The notes beneath the pieces were generated by a model that saw only the letters and a list, made by a program, of their open reading frames with translations, ran no database searches and was not told where the DNA came from. Shown here piece after piece: positions 1 through 10,289 of a stretch of 64,000 bases of DNA. Position 1 is the first letter of the stretch, and each line of letters begins with the position of its first letter. The stretch comes from an uncultured Planctomycetaceae bacterium (lineage in GTDB: Bacteria; Planctomycetota; Planctomycetia; Pirellulales; PALSA-1355), in contig CAWAUV010000007.1 of NCBI GenBank assembly GCA_963785305.1, forward strand, positions 1,472,001-1,536,000. The letters are read 5' to 3'. A program made the position numbers and the translations under genes.

Positions 1-2713
1 ATTTTCGACGAACCCGCCCCAGCGCGTGGCCATCTTGCCGGGCACATCGGGATTGGCGTCGTAGAACTCGGTGGCGTTCCAGCGGTCGGGCGGAATTTCG
101 GTGATCGCGTCGGCGTTGTCGGCCATCAGTCGCCAGTAGCTGTCGACGTCGGGGGCCCCCGGAAAACGGCAGGCCATGCCCACCACGGCGATCGGCTCCG
201 CGAGAGTCGAGCGGTCGATCGTGCTCGCGCCGGCGCCCGCCGCTTCGTGCGACAAATGCCGGGACAGCAAAAGCACCGTGGGATAGTCCCAGGCCATGGT
301 GGCGGTGAGCTTGCGGCCGAGCCATGTCTCGAGCTCGCCGACCAGCGCCACCATCTGCACCGAGTCGAGGCCCAGCGTGTTGAACGGTTGACGCAAGTCG
401 ATTTCGGCTGCCGGCACGCGCAGCCGGCTCGCGAGATGATCGACCAGCCAGGTTTGAATCTCCTCGGCCGAACGCCGCGCGGCCGGATTCAGCGCGGCAC
501 TGGAGGCGTCAGGCCCCTTCGATGGATCGAACCCCGTCGACGGACCGGGCCCCTTCGCCGGGTCGAACCCTGTCGCCGGGTCGAACCCTGTCGCCGGGTC
601 GAACCCTGTCGCCGGGTCGAACCCTGTCGCCGGATCGGGCGCTTCGGCGAAAAATGCCTCGGTATTGCCCACGCCGCTGGCCGGGGGCGCGGCTCGGTCG
701 GCGGCGGACGCCGCGGTCGCGGCTTCGAGCGGCGCTTTGCGCTCGCGGCGGCGGGAGCGAATCTCGGTATCGCCGCGCCCGATGCCCGCGGCGGCCGACC
801 ACTGGGCCACCACTTGCAAGCGATCTTGCAAGTAGGCTTCGCGGCAAGCGCGGCGCTGAACCTTGCCGCTCGAAGTTTTGGGAATCGTGTAGGGGGCGAT
901 CAACACGATTGTCAGCGGCGTGACATCGTGCGCCTCGACCACCGCCAAGCGGATCGCCATGAGCGCTTCCTCGAGCGGAGCGTCGCGGCCGCGCCGGTCG
1001 AGCTCTTGCACGACCACCAAATGTTCTTCACGTCCCTGGTCGATCGAAAAGGCCGCGGCGCCGGTGGCGCGCAGCGCCGGGTGGCTCCGCTCGACCGTGA
1101 GCTCGATCTCTTGGGGAAACAGATTTCGCCCGCGAAGGATGATTAAATCCTTGAGCCGCCCGGCGACCATCAACTCGCCCTGATGAAAGAAGCCCAAGTC
1201 GCCGGTGCGCAGAAACGGCCCATCGCCCGCCAATGACGCCCCAGCGGCGGCGCCGGATTCCGACGGCCCGGCTTCGAGAGGAATCGCTTCGGGAGAAACG
1301 GATTCGACAAGATTGGCGCCCGGCGATCGACCGTTGCTTGCGACCAAGCGAGCCCCAAACACTTGGGCCGACAATTCGGGCCGATTCCAATAGCCCTGGG
1401 CCACGCTCGGGCTGGCGACCCAGATTTCGCCGACCACGCCCTCGGCGCACGGCGTGTGCGTGCCAGGATGCACGATCCGCACTTGCTGATCGAGCCGAGC
1501 GCGTCCGCAGCCGACGAACGTTTGCGTGGCGCGAGATTCAGCCGCGGCCGGGTCTTTGCCTTCGGCCGAGCCATTGCCCACCGCTTGCGGGGCGGACGAC
1601 GCGGCAGCGGGCGGCGTGTCGACCACGACCACGCGGTCGTCGGCCAGCGCTTCGCGATCGACCGTGAGCACGATCGGCGTCGAAGTCGCCTTGGCCGCCG
1701 GTGACTTGCAAGGTAGCTTCGGCGAGCCCGTAGCCGGGATAAAACGCCGCCGGCGAAAAGCCCACCGGCCGGAAAGCCGCCGCGAACCGATCCAGGGTTT
1801 CGGCCCGCACCGGCTCGGCCGCGCACACCGTGAGCCGCCAGCTCGATAGATCGAGCCCGGCGAGTTGCGTGGGTCCGATCCGATCGACGCACAGATCGTA
1901 AGCAAAATTCGGCGCTCCGCTGATCACGCCGCGGTATTTCGTGATCGCTTGCAACCAGCAGACCGGGCGATGCAAAAAAGCGGCCGGCGAGAGCAGCACG
2001 CTCGAGCCGCCCATGAACATCGGCTCGAGAATTCCGCCGATCAGACCCATGTCATGATACATCGGCAGCCACGTGACCCAGCGCGAGTCGTCGGGCAGTT
2101 CGAGCCCTTGCCGCATCAGCGCCAAGTTATGGAGCAGATTGCCGTGGCTGACCATCACTCCCTTGGGATCGCCGGTCGAGCCCGATGTGTACTGGAGAAA
2201 CGCCAGCGTTTGTCCCGTGATTCGTTGGGGGCGATAGGCCGAATCGGCCGGATCGAGCTCATCGGTCGTGAGCCACTTCAGCCGCCGCAGGTCCGGCGCG
2301 CCGTTGAACTGGCGCTCGATGCTCGCCAGCAGCGACCGGGTCGTGACCGCCGCCTTGGCGCCCGAATCAGCGAGGATCGCCGAGAGCCGTGTCATGGGGC
2401 GATTCGGGCGCGGCGGATAGGCCGGAACCGCCACGGCGCCGGCCGCGAGGCAACCAAAAAATGCGGCGATATAATCCAGACCCGACGGGTACAAAATCAG
2501 CACCCGTTCGCCGGCGAGATTCAGGCGTTGCAGCCGCGTGGCGATGGCGCGAGTGCGCTGGGCCAAATCGCGGTAGCTCCAGCAGGTCTCGCGGCCGTCC
2601 TCGTCGCGGAGAAAAGTGAACGGAATTCCCTGGGGATCATCGGCCTCTCGGGACCAAAGCAGTTCGACGAGCGTCGCGGGCGCCGCCAGCGAGCGAGGGT
2701 GGGATACGTGCAT
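1..2713 (-). CDS. FAAL-ACP-KS type I polyketide synthase, 5' part (runs off the left edge; frameshift ~1690)
   Basis: Adenylation motifs FLQYTSGSTGDPKG, WLPMYHDMGLIG, YGLAEATL. After the frameshift: GEIWV..PSVAQGYWNRP, FLRTGDLGF, IPKTSSGK. ACP LGLDS at ~361-375. KS start EPIAVVGMACRFPG at ~155-198. Confidence 0.92.
556..627. repeat. 18-bp tandem repeat x4 (CGCCGGGTCGAACCCTGT) encoding TGFDPA in the FAAL-ACP linker
   Basis: Four perfect copies read directly. Degenerate copies flank them (~510-640). Confidence 0.95.
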
Positions 2714-3055
2714 CGATCTTTCGCGTCAGAATGCTGGAAACTCGAATGTCCCGGGAACTTACGGCGAACCAAAACAGCGGGCGACTCGATCGCGAGCGAA
2801 CCCTTGAAGGTAGCCGCTTGGCGGGGTGAAAACAAGCCGCCGACAGGGTTGAAACATCGCCAATGGGCTTGATTGAGCGGTACAATCGCGGCATTTCGCC
2901 CACCCCCACCGCTCGAACCGCGCCGGCATATGCCGCGCAATGGCCCTGCCACTCGAACGATTCCAGGGAGATTATTTGGCGCCCTGTCAGGCATTCCGAC
3001 GACGCTCGGCGCCCGAACAAGCACCGAAAAACGGCAAACGGTCTTCCCGGGCGAA

Positions 3056-3789
3056 TCACCGCCAGTGGAGGCGCCGGGTCATGTGAATCGGCTGTTCCAC
3101 GCAAATTGCGGCCGAGAAGTCCTCGACCGCCTCGACCGCCTCGAGGCGCCAGCGGCCCGTGGCCTCGGGTTCATTGTCCACCCTGAGCAATGCCGCCGGC
3201 TCGCGGGCGCGAGGCTCACCGAAAAGCTGTCGAGCGGAATCGCCAAGGCCCTGCCCACCGCTTTGATATACGCCTCTTTCCGCGACCAGCAGGCGAAAAA
3301 AGCCTCGCGGCGCTCCCCCGGCGCCACGGCCTCGAGGGCCGCCACCTCGGCGGGTGAAAAGAAATGCCGGGCCAGCGACTCGCATTGAACCTCGCGACGA
3401 TGACGCTCGATGTCGACCCCGATCTCGGCCCCGCCGGCGACGCCCAATAGTGCCCAATCGCCGGAATGCGACAGGTTGAATTTGATCGTGCCGCCGGCCT
3501 CGTCGAGGAGCGGCTTGCCGTAATGGTTGTAGGTAAAGCGAACTCGCTCGGGCGGAGTGTGAAGGTAGTGTCCGAGAATGGTGCGCAGAATGCCTCGACC
3601 GGCGATATATCGCTCGCGGAGACCGGGAAACGTGAACCGCTCGGCCCGGGCGAGCTCATCGTCGCTCAGGAGTCCCGCCAAAGCGGCAATCTCTTGGTTC
3701 GCGCGGTTTAATCCAAACCGCCAAACGTCCGCGGTCTCGGAAAGGAGCGGCGGCACAATGTCGGTCGAGGGCCAGTCGAGGTCGGTCAT
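3056..3789 (-). CDS. Sfp-type 4'-phosphopantetheinyl transferase (frameshift ~3207)
   Basis: GKP, FNLSHS, IGVDIE, WSRKEAYIKA motifs. C-terminus continues in the 3056..3457 frame (EPAALL..RWRLEAV..FSAAICVE). Confidence 0.92.
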
Positions 3790-4117
3790 GGAAGGCGCAA
3801 CAAACGTCGGCGAGGATTTTTCGAGATGGCCCGATTATAGCCGCCGCGGGTCTGATGAGCATGCTCGGACCGGCGATCGTAATCGGCATGATCGCGCTAG
3901 CAGCCCCTTGAACTTTTAGCCCATGCCTTACTTCAAGTTTCGCGTTTTTTGCTAGCACTCGAATCGCCGATTTCTCGTGGGTTTTGCACAGTTTGACGGC
4001 CGAACTGCCAATTTTTGCATGTTACCGAGAGGCCGAAGGTTGCCGGAAACGCGCCGAAATCGGAGAAACCACGACGAATCGGGCTATCGGAACTTTTGAA
4101 AACCGCGAAAGTCGAAC

Positions 4118-5299
4118 TTACTTCTCGCCGTGCTGATCGGCGATGAACACGTCCTTCGTCGGGAACTTCGTGAACACGGACGCGGGCTTGCCGAAGTTCG
4201 TGGCCAGCACATCGAGCGGGTTGCCCGAGATCCATTCCGAAAGGTCGATGTCTTCGTACACGCCCGAGTTGAAGCCGATCAGGACGCGGCATTTCTTGGC
4301 GCCGATGTTCTCGAGCGAGTGGCCATAGCCCTGGGGGATGTAGCCGACGTCGCCCGGGGCGAGCGTTTCGGTTCGGAAGCGGCCGTGCGAGCCGAACATC
4401 GTCACGCTGATTGTTCCCTCGAGGACATACTGCCACTCGTCGGCGCTGGGGTGCCAATGCAGTTCGCGAAGGGCGCCCGGCTCGAGGTCGAGGATGGCGC
4501 CGGCGATGGTTTTCGAAATGGGAAACTTCGTGGAATCGACCATCCACAGGGTTCCCCCCTTGTTGTCGACGAGTGGGTCGTTCTTGAGCAGTTCCCACTT
4601 GTGCGTGAGCCGCGTTCGGGGCGTCGGCCCCTGGGTGTCGGCCGCCGGCTCTGGCGGGATGGCCCCCTTGGCGAAGTACACTTCCTTCTTCGGGAAACCT
4701 TCGAAGGTCGACTTGGGTAGGCCGAAATTCTTGGCCAGTAGCGCCGCGGGAGCGTGGCCGATCCAATCGCTGATGCTGAAGGTGCCGAACTCGGAGAAGT
4801 AGCCATTGTCGAAGATCAACACGAAATGACAGGGCTCGTCGCCAAGACATTCGAGCATGTGGCCATGGCCACGCGGAAAGTACCACACGTCGCCGGGCCC
4901 GAAGTCGTTGGTTTCGGCGAATCCGCCGGGTCCGATGACCGTGGTCCGCACTCGCCCTCGATCGACATAGGCCCATTCGGCGGCGGTCGCATGCCAATGC
5001 AGCTCCCGCATCACGCCGGGCCCGAGTTGCATCGAGACGCCCGCGATTCCCTTGGAGATCGGGAACTGCTCGGCGGTGGCTTCCTTGGCCGTGCTCTGGC
5101 CATCGACCTTGCCCTTGGACTTCTCGAGCGCGAACTTGAAACTCGGCAGCTCCTTGCCGGAGAACAGCGGGTCGGGCACATTGTTCATGAAGCTCGCGTC
5201 TCCGGCTCCGGCCCGGCGAGTCGAGGTCAAAGCCGCCGTCACGCCCGCCGCGAATGCCGCGGCGCCCTTGAGAATATCTCGTCGCTGAAAGTCCGGCAT
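4118..5299 (-). CDS. Oxalate decarboxylase family bicupin with Tat signal peptide
   Basis: Two RELHWH cupin motifs, WYFPRGHGH, YIPQGYGH, lid SEFGT. N-terminus FQRRDILKGAAA. GGAGAG RBS before the ATG at 5299. Confidence 0.88.
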   Translation of the reverse strand: MPDFQRRDILKGAAAFAAGVTAALTSTRRAGAGDASFMNNVPDPLFSGKELPSFKFALEKSKGKVDGQSTAKEATAEQFPISKGIAGVSMQLGPGVMRELHWHATAAEWAYVDRGRVRTTVIGPGGFAETNDFGPGDVWYFPRGHGHMLECLGDEPCHFVLIFDNGYFSEFGTFSISDWIGHAPAALLAKNFGLPKSTFEGFPKKEVYFAKGAIPPEPAADTQGPTPRTRLTHKWELLKNDPLVDNKGGTLWMVDSTKFPISKTIAGAILDLEPGALRELHWHPSADEWQYVLEGTISVTMFGSHGRFRTETLAPGDVGYIPQGYGHSLENIGAKKCRVLIGFNSGVYEDIDLSEWISGNPLDVLATNFGKPASVFTKFPTKDVFIADQHGEK

Positions 5300-5333
5300 G
5301 GCTGCTCTCCTGTCAAAGCTTGGCATCGCTCGC

Positions 5334-7094
5334 TCACGGTGAGTCAAGCGGCTTGAGGTTCGGCGCCAGGCTGGCGATCTGTTCGGCCATGTAGTCTTGC
5401 ACTTCCGCCGTGGTCCCGAGGGCGAGCACCTCGCGCACGATCCGCCGCGCGTTGGCGAGCGTCAGCCGGCTGGTCAGTTCCTTGATCGATGGTATGAACG
5501 CCGGGCTCATGCTGAACCGCCGCAGGCCCATGCCATAGAGCAGCACGAAGGCCCGCGGGGCGCCGGCCATTTCGCCGCAGAGCGTCACTGGTTTGCGTGC
5601 CCGGCGGCAGGTCGAGATTACATCGCGGAGCACTCGAAGCACCGCCGGGCTCATCGGTTGGCAGAGATGGCTGACCTTCGGATTATCGCGATCGGCCGCC
5701 ATGAGATACTGTACCAGATCGTTCGAGCCGATCGACACGAACTGCACGGTCTCGACGAGCCGATCGATCATCACCGCCGCCGCCGGCACCTCCAGCATCA
5801 GGCCGATCCGCACTCGGCCAAACTGCTTGCCTTCGGCCGCGAGACTCCGCCGGGCTCGAGCGACCATCTTGCGCACGCGCAAGATTTCCTCGAGCGTGGT
5901 GATCATCGGAAAGAGCATCGACACGCGATGCTCTTCGCCGGCGTCGTTCACGGCGGCGCGCAAAATGGCCCGAATCTGCGTGATGAAAAACTCGGGATGC
6001 TCGAACGAAAGCCGAATCGACCGCCAGCCCATGAACGGGTTGGCCTCGCGCGTGTGGCCGAGATACGGAATCGTTTTGTCGCCGCCCAGGTCCAAGGTGC
6101 GAATCGTCGCCTCGCCGCCCGGACTCGCCGCCACGATCGCCCGATAGGCGGCCAATTGCTCTTCTTCGTCGGGCACGCTCGGATGGGTGAGAAACAGATA
6201 CTCGGTGCGAAACAGTCCCACGCCCGAGGCGCCCATCGCCCCCGCGGCCTTGGCGTCGGCGAGGTTGTTGATATTGGCCAAGAGCCGCACCGCCCGCCCG
6301 TCGGCGTCGACCGCCGGTTGCTCGCGGTTCTCGGCCAAGGAGTCCTTGAGATCGAAGAACTCTCGCTGGAGTTTCAAATAGGCTTTGAGCGACTCGGGGT
6401 CGGGGTTGATCACCACATGGCCGGCCCGGCCGTCGACGACCACCGTGTCGCCATTGCGCACTTCTTGCAACACGCCGGCCACGCCCGACACGGCCGGAAT
6501 CCCGCGACTGCGAGCCAAGATCGCGGCATGGCTGGTGCGTCCGCCGGTTTGTGTGACGATGCCCTGCACCTCGCGCGAACCGAGCGTGACCACCTGCGAG
6601 GGCAAAAGTTCCTCGGCCACCAGAATCAGCGGCCCAGAGAGCGAGGAAATATCCGGCTGGAGCACATCGGACAGATGTCCGCTGATACGCACCACGACAT
6701 CGCGCACATCGGCCAGCCGCTCGCGGAGGTATTCATCGGTGGTGGCGGCAAACAGGGCGGCGTATTCCCCGAGCAGCCGGTCGAGCGCCGCGGGAGCGTT
6801 GAGCCGGTCTTCGCAAATCGCGTGGCGAACTTTCGCGGTGAAGCCGGGATCGTGCAAAATCGACTCGTGAGCGCGAAAGACATCGGCCTCTTTCGACCCC
6901 ACCTGCGAGGCGACTTTGTCGTGGAGCGCCCGCAGGTCGTCGGCCGTGGCGCCGCGGGCGAGGTCGTAGCGGGCGAGCTCCTGGCGAACTTCGTCGGCTT
7001 CGAGCCGCCGGGTATCTGGGTTGACGAAGATCTGGTGGATGCAATAAGCCACTCCCACCGCGACGCCCGGTGAAACTGCGATTCCTCTGCGCAT
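5334..7094 (-). CDS. ptsI: Phosphoenolpyruvate-protein phosphotransferase (PTS enzyme I)
   Basis: GIAVSPG start, GGRTSHAAI phospho-His motif, GVGLFRTE, IRTLDLGGDK, EANPFMGWRSIR, SIGSNDLVQY, CGEMAG. Confidence 0.95.
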   Translation of the reverse strand: MRRGIAVSPGVAVGVAYCIHQIFVNPDTRRLEADEVRQELARYDLARGATADDLRALHDKVASQVGSKEADVFRAHESILHDPGFTAKVRHAICEDRLNAPAALDRLLGEYAALFAATTDEYLRERLADVRDVVVRISGHLSDVLQPDISSLSGPLILVAEELLPSQVVTLGSREVQGIVTQTGGRTSHAAILARSRGIPAVSGVAGVLQEVRNGDTVVVDGRAGHVVINPDPESLKAYLKLQREFFDLKDSLAENREQPAVDADGRAVRLLANINNLADAKAAGAMGASGVGLFRTEYLFLTHPSVPDEEEQLAAYRAIVAASPGGEATIRTLDLGGDKTIPYLGHTREANPFMGWRSIRLSFEHPEFFITQIRAILRAAVNDAGEEHRVSMLFPMITTLEEILRVRKMVARARRSLAAEGKQFGRVRIGLMLEVPAAAVMIDRLVETVQFVSIGSNDLVQYLMAADRDNPKVSHLCQPMSPAVLRVLRDVISTCRRARKPVTLCGEMAGAPRAFVLLYGMGLRRFSMSPAFIPSIKELTSRLTLANARRIVREVLALGTTAEVQDYMAEQIASLAPNLKPLDSP

Positions 7095-7281
7095 GCCTGC
7101 GCAATGTACCAGCGGCGCCGATGGCTGACAATAAAGCCCGGCCCGATTTCGAAGGGCGGCCCTATTTCCCCTATTTCCCGCTTCGCTGGCCCGGCGGACA
7201 AAAAGTCGTGGTTTGCCGACTGCTTCAATTGCCGCCTGCCGGCTGCTACGATGGACGAGTGCTTTATCACCGCTTGAAACT

Positions 7282-7365
7282 GGGGCGCCATGCCCACGCT
7301 TGCGTGGGCGCGCTTGAATGATCAAGGTAATAAGCCATGCCCACGCAAGCGCGGGCATGGCGCCC
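7282..7365. repeat. Inverted pair of REP-like palindromes (GCCATGCCCACGC..GCGTGGGC family)
   Basis: 7282-7312 and 7334-7365 are near reverse complements and each is internally palindromic. Confidence 0.8.
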
Positions 7366-7545
7366 AACCCCCGAATTAAGAGTTGACAACGCACTAGGCG
7401 GCGCCATCGGTTTTTCCGAGCGGCGCCGGAGTGACTTTCGCGGCCGCTTGCCTGATTGGCGTGGCAGGCGCGGGCCGCTCCCGGGTAGAGGCGCTTCCGG
7501 CCCCGGGGGGCAGGCCATTTTTCATCGCCCTTGCGAGTGGCTTTT

Positions 7546-10197
7546 GTGGCAGAGACGCGGGACGGATACGAGGAGTGGTTGGGTATTGCGGCGACTTCGC
7601 GCCCGCTCAATCATTATCAACTATTGGGCTTGAACGAGTTCGAGGGCGACGCGGCAAAGATTGCCCTGGCCGCCGAAGGGTCGCTCGCGCGCGTGCGCCG
7701 CTGCCAACCGGGATCGCGCGTCGCCGAATGGCAACAAATTCTCGATGAACTATCAACCGCGAAGCTCGTGCTGTGTAGCGCGGCTCGCAAGGGGCAATAC
7801 GACGGGCAACTACGCTCGCAACTCGCCGCCCGCCCCGCGTCCCGCCCGGCAAGCACAATCCAGAACACAAGCCCGAGTGTAAACCGGGATGTCGGCGCCA
7901 GGGCGATGGATCGATCGGCGCCCCAATCGGCGATGCCGCCGAGCGCCGCCGCGAGCTCCCACGCGCCGCCGAGCGCGATGCCGCCAAGTTCCATGCTGCC
8001 CAGCGCCATGCCGCCCAGCGTCATGCCGCCCAGCGTCATGCCGCCCAGTGCGCTGCCCCCGAGCGTGATGCCGCCGGACAACGCGGCGTCGCCCCCGCAA
8101 AGCTTCGCGTTTCCTCCGGCCGCGACATGGCCTCCCGCTGGTTTGCCTCCCGCTGGCTCGCCTCCCGCTGGTTTGCCTCCCGGCGCGAATTTCGCTTCGC
8201 CGCCCGCGCCTTCGCCTTATTACCCGCCGCAGCCGGCGGCGCCCGGCTATTCGATGCCGAACATGTTTCCGCCCCATAATGCTTACGCGCCGCCGCAGCC
8301 GAATATGCCATCGGCGGCCATGCCGCCCGGCGCGCCGCAGTCTGCATTTGCGAAAGGCTATCCGCGGGAAGCGTATCCGCAAGCGTCGTATCCATCGCCA
8401 GCCTATCCGCAGCAATCCTACCCGCAGCCGGCATTTCCGCGGCCGCTTGACCATGCGCCTCAGCCGGTGGCGCCCGCGGCGCCATTTATGGGTCAAGCGG
8501 CCCCGAATGCGGAGCCCGATCTACCGCCGATGGCGCCGCTGGCCTCGCCCACCGCTTCCGCGCCGCTGGCCGCGCCGAGCGGCGAAATGGCTCCCAGGGG
8601 GCCGATTGCCGTCTCGGCGCCGCTCGCCGCGCTCGAGGCGAATTCAAACCCGGCGAGGGCGCCCGTCGCCTCTGCTGTCGCTCCGGGCAGCGAGCAAGTG
8701 CTGGTGCGCACCACGGGGCGGCCCGCGGTTTCACGTATCGAGCTGCGGCAGGCCAAGGATAAGGCCGCGTTTGAAGCCGCGCAGGCCAAGCAGCGCAAAC
8801 AAATCATCTACGGCAGCGTGGGCGCCGCGGTGCTGCTGGTGGTCATTATCGCCTTGACGAGCCCTTCGGCGCCGCCCGAAACGACCGAAGACCCGGCCTT
8901 GGCCGAGCGGCGCGATCATTTGAACCCGTTGCAATCAACCGAGGGGCCGAAGCCGGCGCCCCACCCGGCGCCGCAATTGCGGCCGAAGGTGGACTATTCG
9001 CCAGACACGACACCCAAGCCCGCGCCGAAGCCGACGAAAGAATCCCATAACGATTCCCATGCGTCGCCCGCCCCGCCGCGCGAGCCCAGGAATCCCGCGC
9101 CCGACAAAGCGAAGCAGCGCCCGCCGATCGAGATCGCCATGACACCGTCGGCCCCTGAAAAGCCGAAGCCGCCGAAGGCCCAGCCCGGCGCCGCGATGGG
9201 CGGATTGCAAGACAAGGCCGATCCGGAAAAAGCGGCGGCCCTGGACAAAGACCTGCTCAAGGCCCGCGGCGCGCTGGCCGGCCGCAACATCACCTTGGCC
9301 CACGACTCGCTGGCCGACGCCGAGCCCCTCATCCAAACTCGCGAGCAACACGACCGCGTCGAGCAATGCCGGCTCATGCTCCTCTATGTGCGCGGATTTT
9401 GGGACGCGGTGCGCAAGAGCATGGCCGGACTGCAACCGACCGACGAGCTCAAGATCGGTTCGACCACGGTCTCGGTGGTTTCGGCCGACGAGCGCGAGCT
9501 TGTCGTGCATCGCGGGCCGAGAAATGAAACCTATCGCATCGAGACGATGCCGGCCGGCATCGCCAAGATGCTCGCCGAGCGGTGGTTCAATCAAAACGAT
9601 CCGGTCAACAAGGTGTATCTCGGCGCGTTTCAGGCGGTCGACCCGGCCGGTGAAATCGCCGACGTGCGCCGGCTCTGGGAGCAAGCTTCGAGCAAGATCG
9701 ATCAGAACCAATTGCGGCTGCTGATGTCTTATTTGGACCTGCCGCCGGTGGCCCCGATCGGCGGCTCGCTCGCCGACGCGAAGGTGGCCGAGGCCAAGTC
9801 CGAGAAGAGCTCGCTGGCGGCGGCCGAAAAGGAATTCACCAAGAAATACGGGCCCGACATCCGCGCGGCCGACGATTCGACGAAGAAACTCGACTTGGCT
9901 CAAAAGCTCTTGGGCGAATACAAGATGGCGGACGAAGGGGCCGAGCAGGTGGTGGTGTTTCGCGGCGCCTGCGACCAGGCGACCAAGGCCTGCATGACGG
10001 CGAAAACCGAGGAGACGGCCAAGACCGCCGCCGAGCGGGCGCTCGAGATCGTGGATATCGGCATCGAGGAAAAACGCTTCGAGCCGCTCAAGAGCCTGGC
10101 GCAAGCGGCGATCACGGCGGCGCGAAAGTCGAAAGACGAAGACTTAATCAAACGCGCCACCGAAGAAGGCCGCAAACTGGCGACCGCGCAGAAATAA
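7546..10197 (+). CDS. Planctomycete-type membrane-anchored protein: N-terminal J-domain-like region, long Pro-rich repeats, single TM, helical C-terminal region
   Basis: WLGI..RPLNHYQLLGL..FE.D...ELSTAKLVL....KGQYD.QLR. PPSxM, PPAGx and YPQ repeats. TM IIYGSVGAAVLLVVIIAL. Start uncertain (7531 or 7546). Confidence 0.8.
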   Translation: MAETRDGYEEWLGIAATSRPLNHYQLLGLNEFEGDAAKIALAAEGSLARVRRCQPGSRVAEWQQILDELSTAKLVLCSAARKGQYDGQLRSQLAARPASRPASTIQNTSPSVNRDVGARAMDRSAPQSAMPPSAAASSHAPPSAMPPSSMLPSAMPPSVMPPSVMPPSALPPSVMPPDNAASPPQSFAFPPAATWPPAGLPPAGSPPAGLPPGANFASPPAPSPYYPPQPAAPGYSMPNMFPPHNAYAPPQPNMPSAAMPPGAPQSAFAKGYPREAYPQASYPSPAYPQQSYPQPAFPRPLDHAPQPVAPAAPFMGQAAPNAEPDLPPMAPLASPTASAPLAAPSGEMAPRGPIAVSAPLAALEANSNPARAPVASAVAPGSEQVLVRTTGRPAVSRIELRQAKDKAAFEAAQAKQRKQIIYGSVGAAVLLVVIIALTSPSAPPETTEDPALAERRDHLNPLQSTEGPKPAPHPAPQLRPKVDYSPDTTPKPAPKPTKESHNDSHASPAPPREPRNPAPDKAKQRPPIEIAMTPSAPEKPKPPKAQPGAAMGGLQDKADPEKAAALDKDLLKARGALAGRNITLAHDSLADAEPLIQTREQHDRVEQCRLMLLYVRGFWDAVRKSMAGLQPTDELKIGSTTVSVVSADERELVVHRGPRNETYRIETMPAGIAKMLAERWFNQNDPVNKVYLGAFQAVDPAGEIADVRRLWEQASSKIDQNQLRLLMSYLDLPPVAPIGGSLADAKVAEAKSEKSSLAAAEKEFTKKYGPDIRAADDSTKKLDLAQKLLGEYKMADEGAEQVVVFRGACDQATKACMTAKTEETAKTAAERALEIVDIGIEEKRFEPLKSLAQAAITAARKSKDEDLIKRATEEGRKLATAQK
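7933..8184. repeat. In-frame 15-bp tandem repeats (MPPSx; PPAGL/PPAGS)
   Basis: ATGCCGCCCAGCGTC-type units at ~7978-8075. CCTCCCGCTGGTTTG / CCTCCCGCTGGCTCG / CCTCCCGCTGGTTTG at 8131-8175. Confidence 0.85.
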
Positions 10198-10226
10198 GCG
10201 AGCGCGACGCGGAAAGCGCGATACGT

Positions 10227-10257
10227 GGCATGCCCACGCTCGCGTGGGCATGGCGTC
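10227..10257. repeat. Single REP-like palindrome of the same family as 7282-7365
   Basis: GGCATGCCCACGCTCGCGTGGGCATGGCGTC. Confidence 0.8.
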
Positions 10258-10289
10258 TGGCTTCGTGTATCGAAACGGGCTCTAGCCGG

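Noticed and set aside
556..627. Possible CRISPR array
   Set aside because: Repeats are contiguous with no spacers, lie in frame inside a PKS, and have no cas genes nearby.
247..1146. 299-aa plus-strand ORF with RRVEPC repeats
   Set aside because: It is the antisense shadow of the FAAL-ACP-KS gene, whose motifs are clear on the minus strand.
3121..3146. 9-bp repeat CCTCGACCG
   Set aside because: Only 2-3 short units encoding EAV; not significant in high-GC DNA.
7095..7610. N-terminal extension of ptsI in the ORF track
   Set aside because: It runs through REP palindromes and overlaps the divergent gene; enzyme I similarity starts at MRRGIAVSPG (7094).
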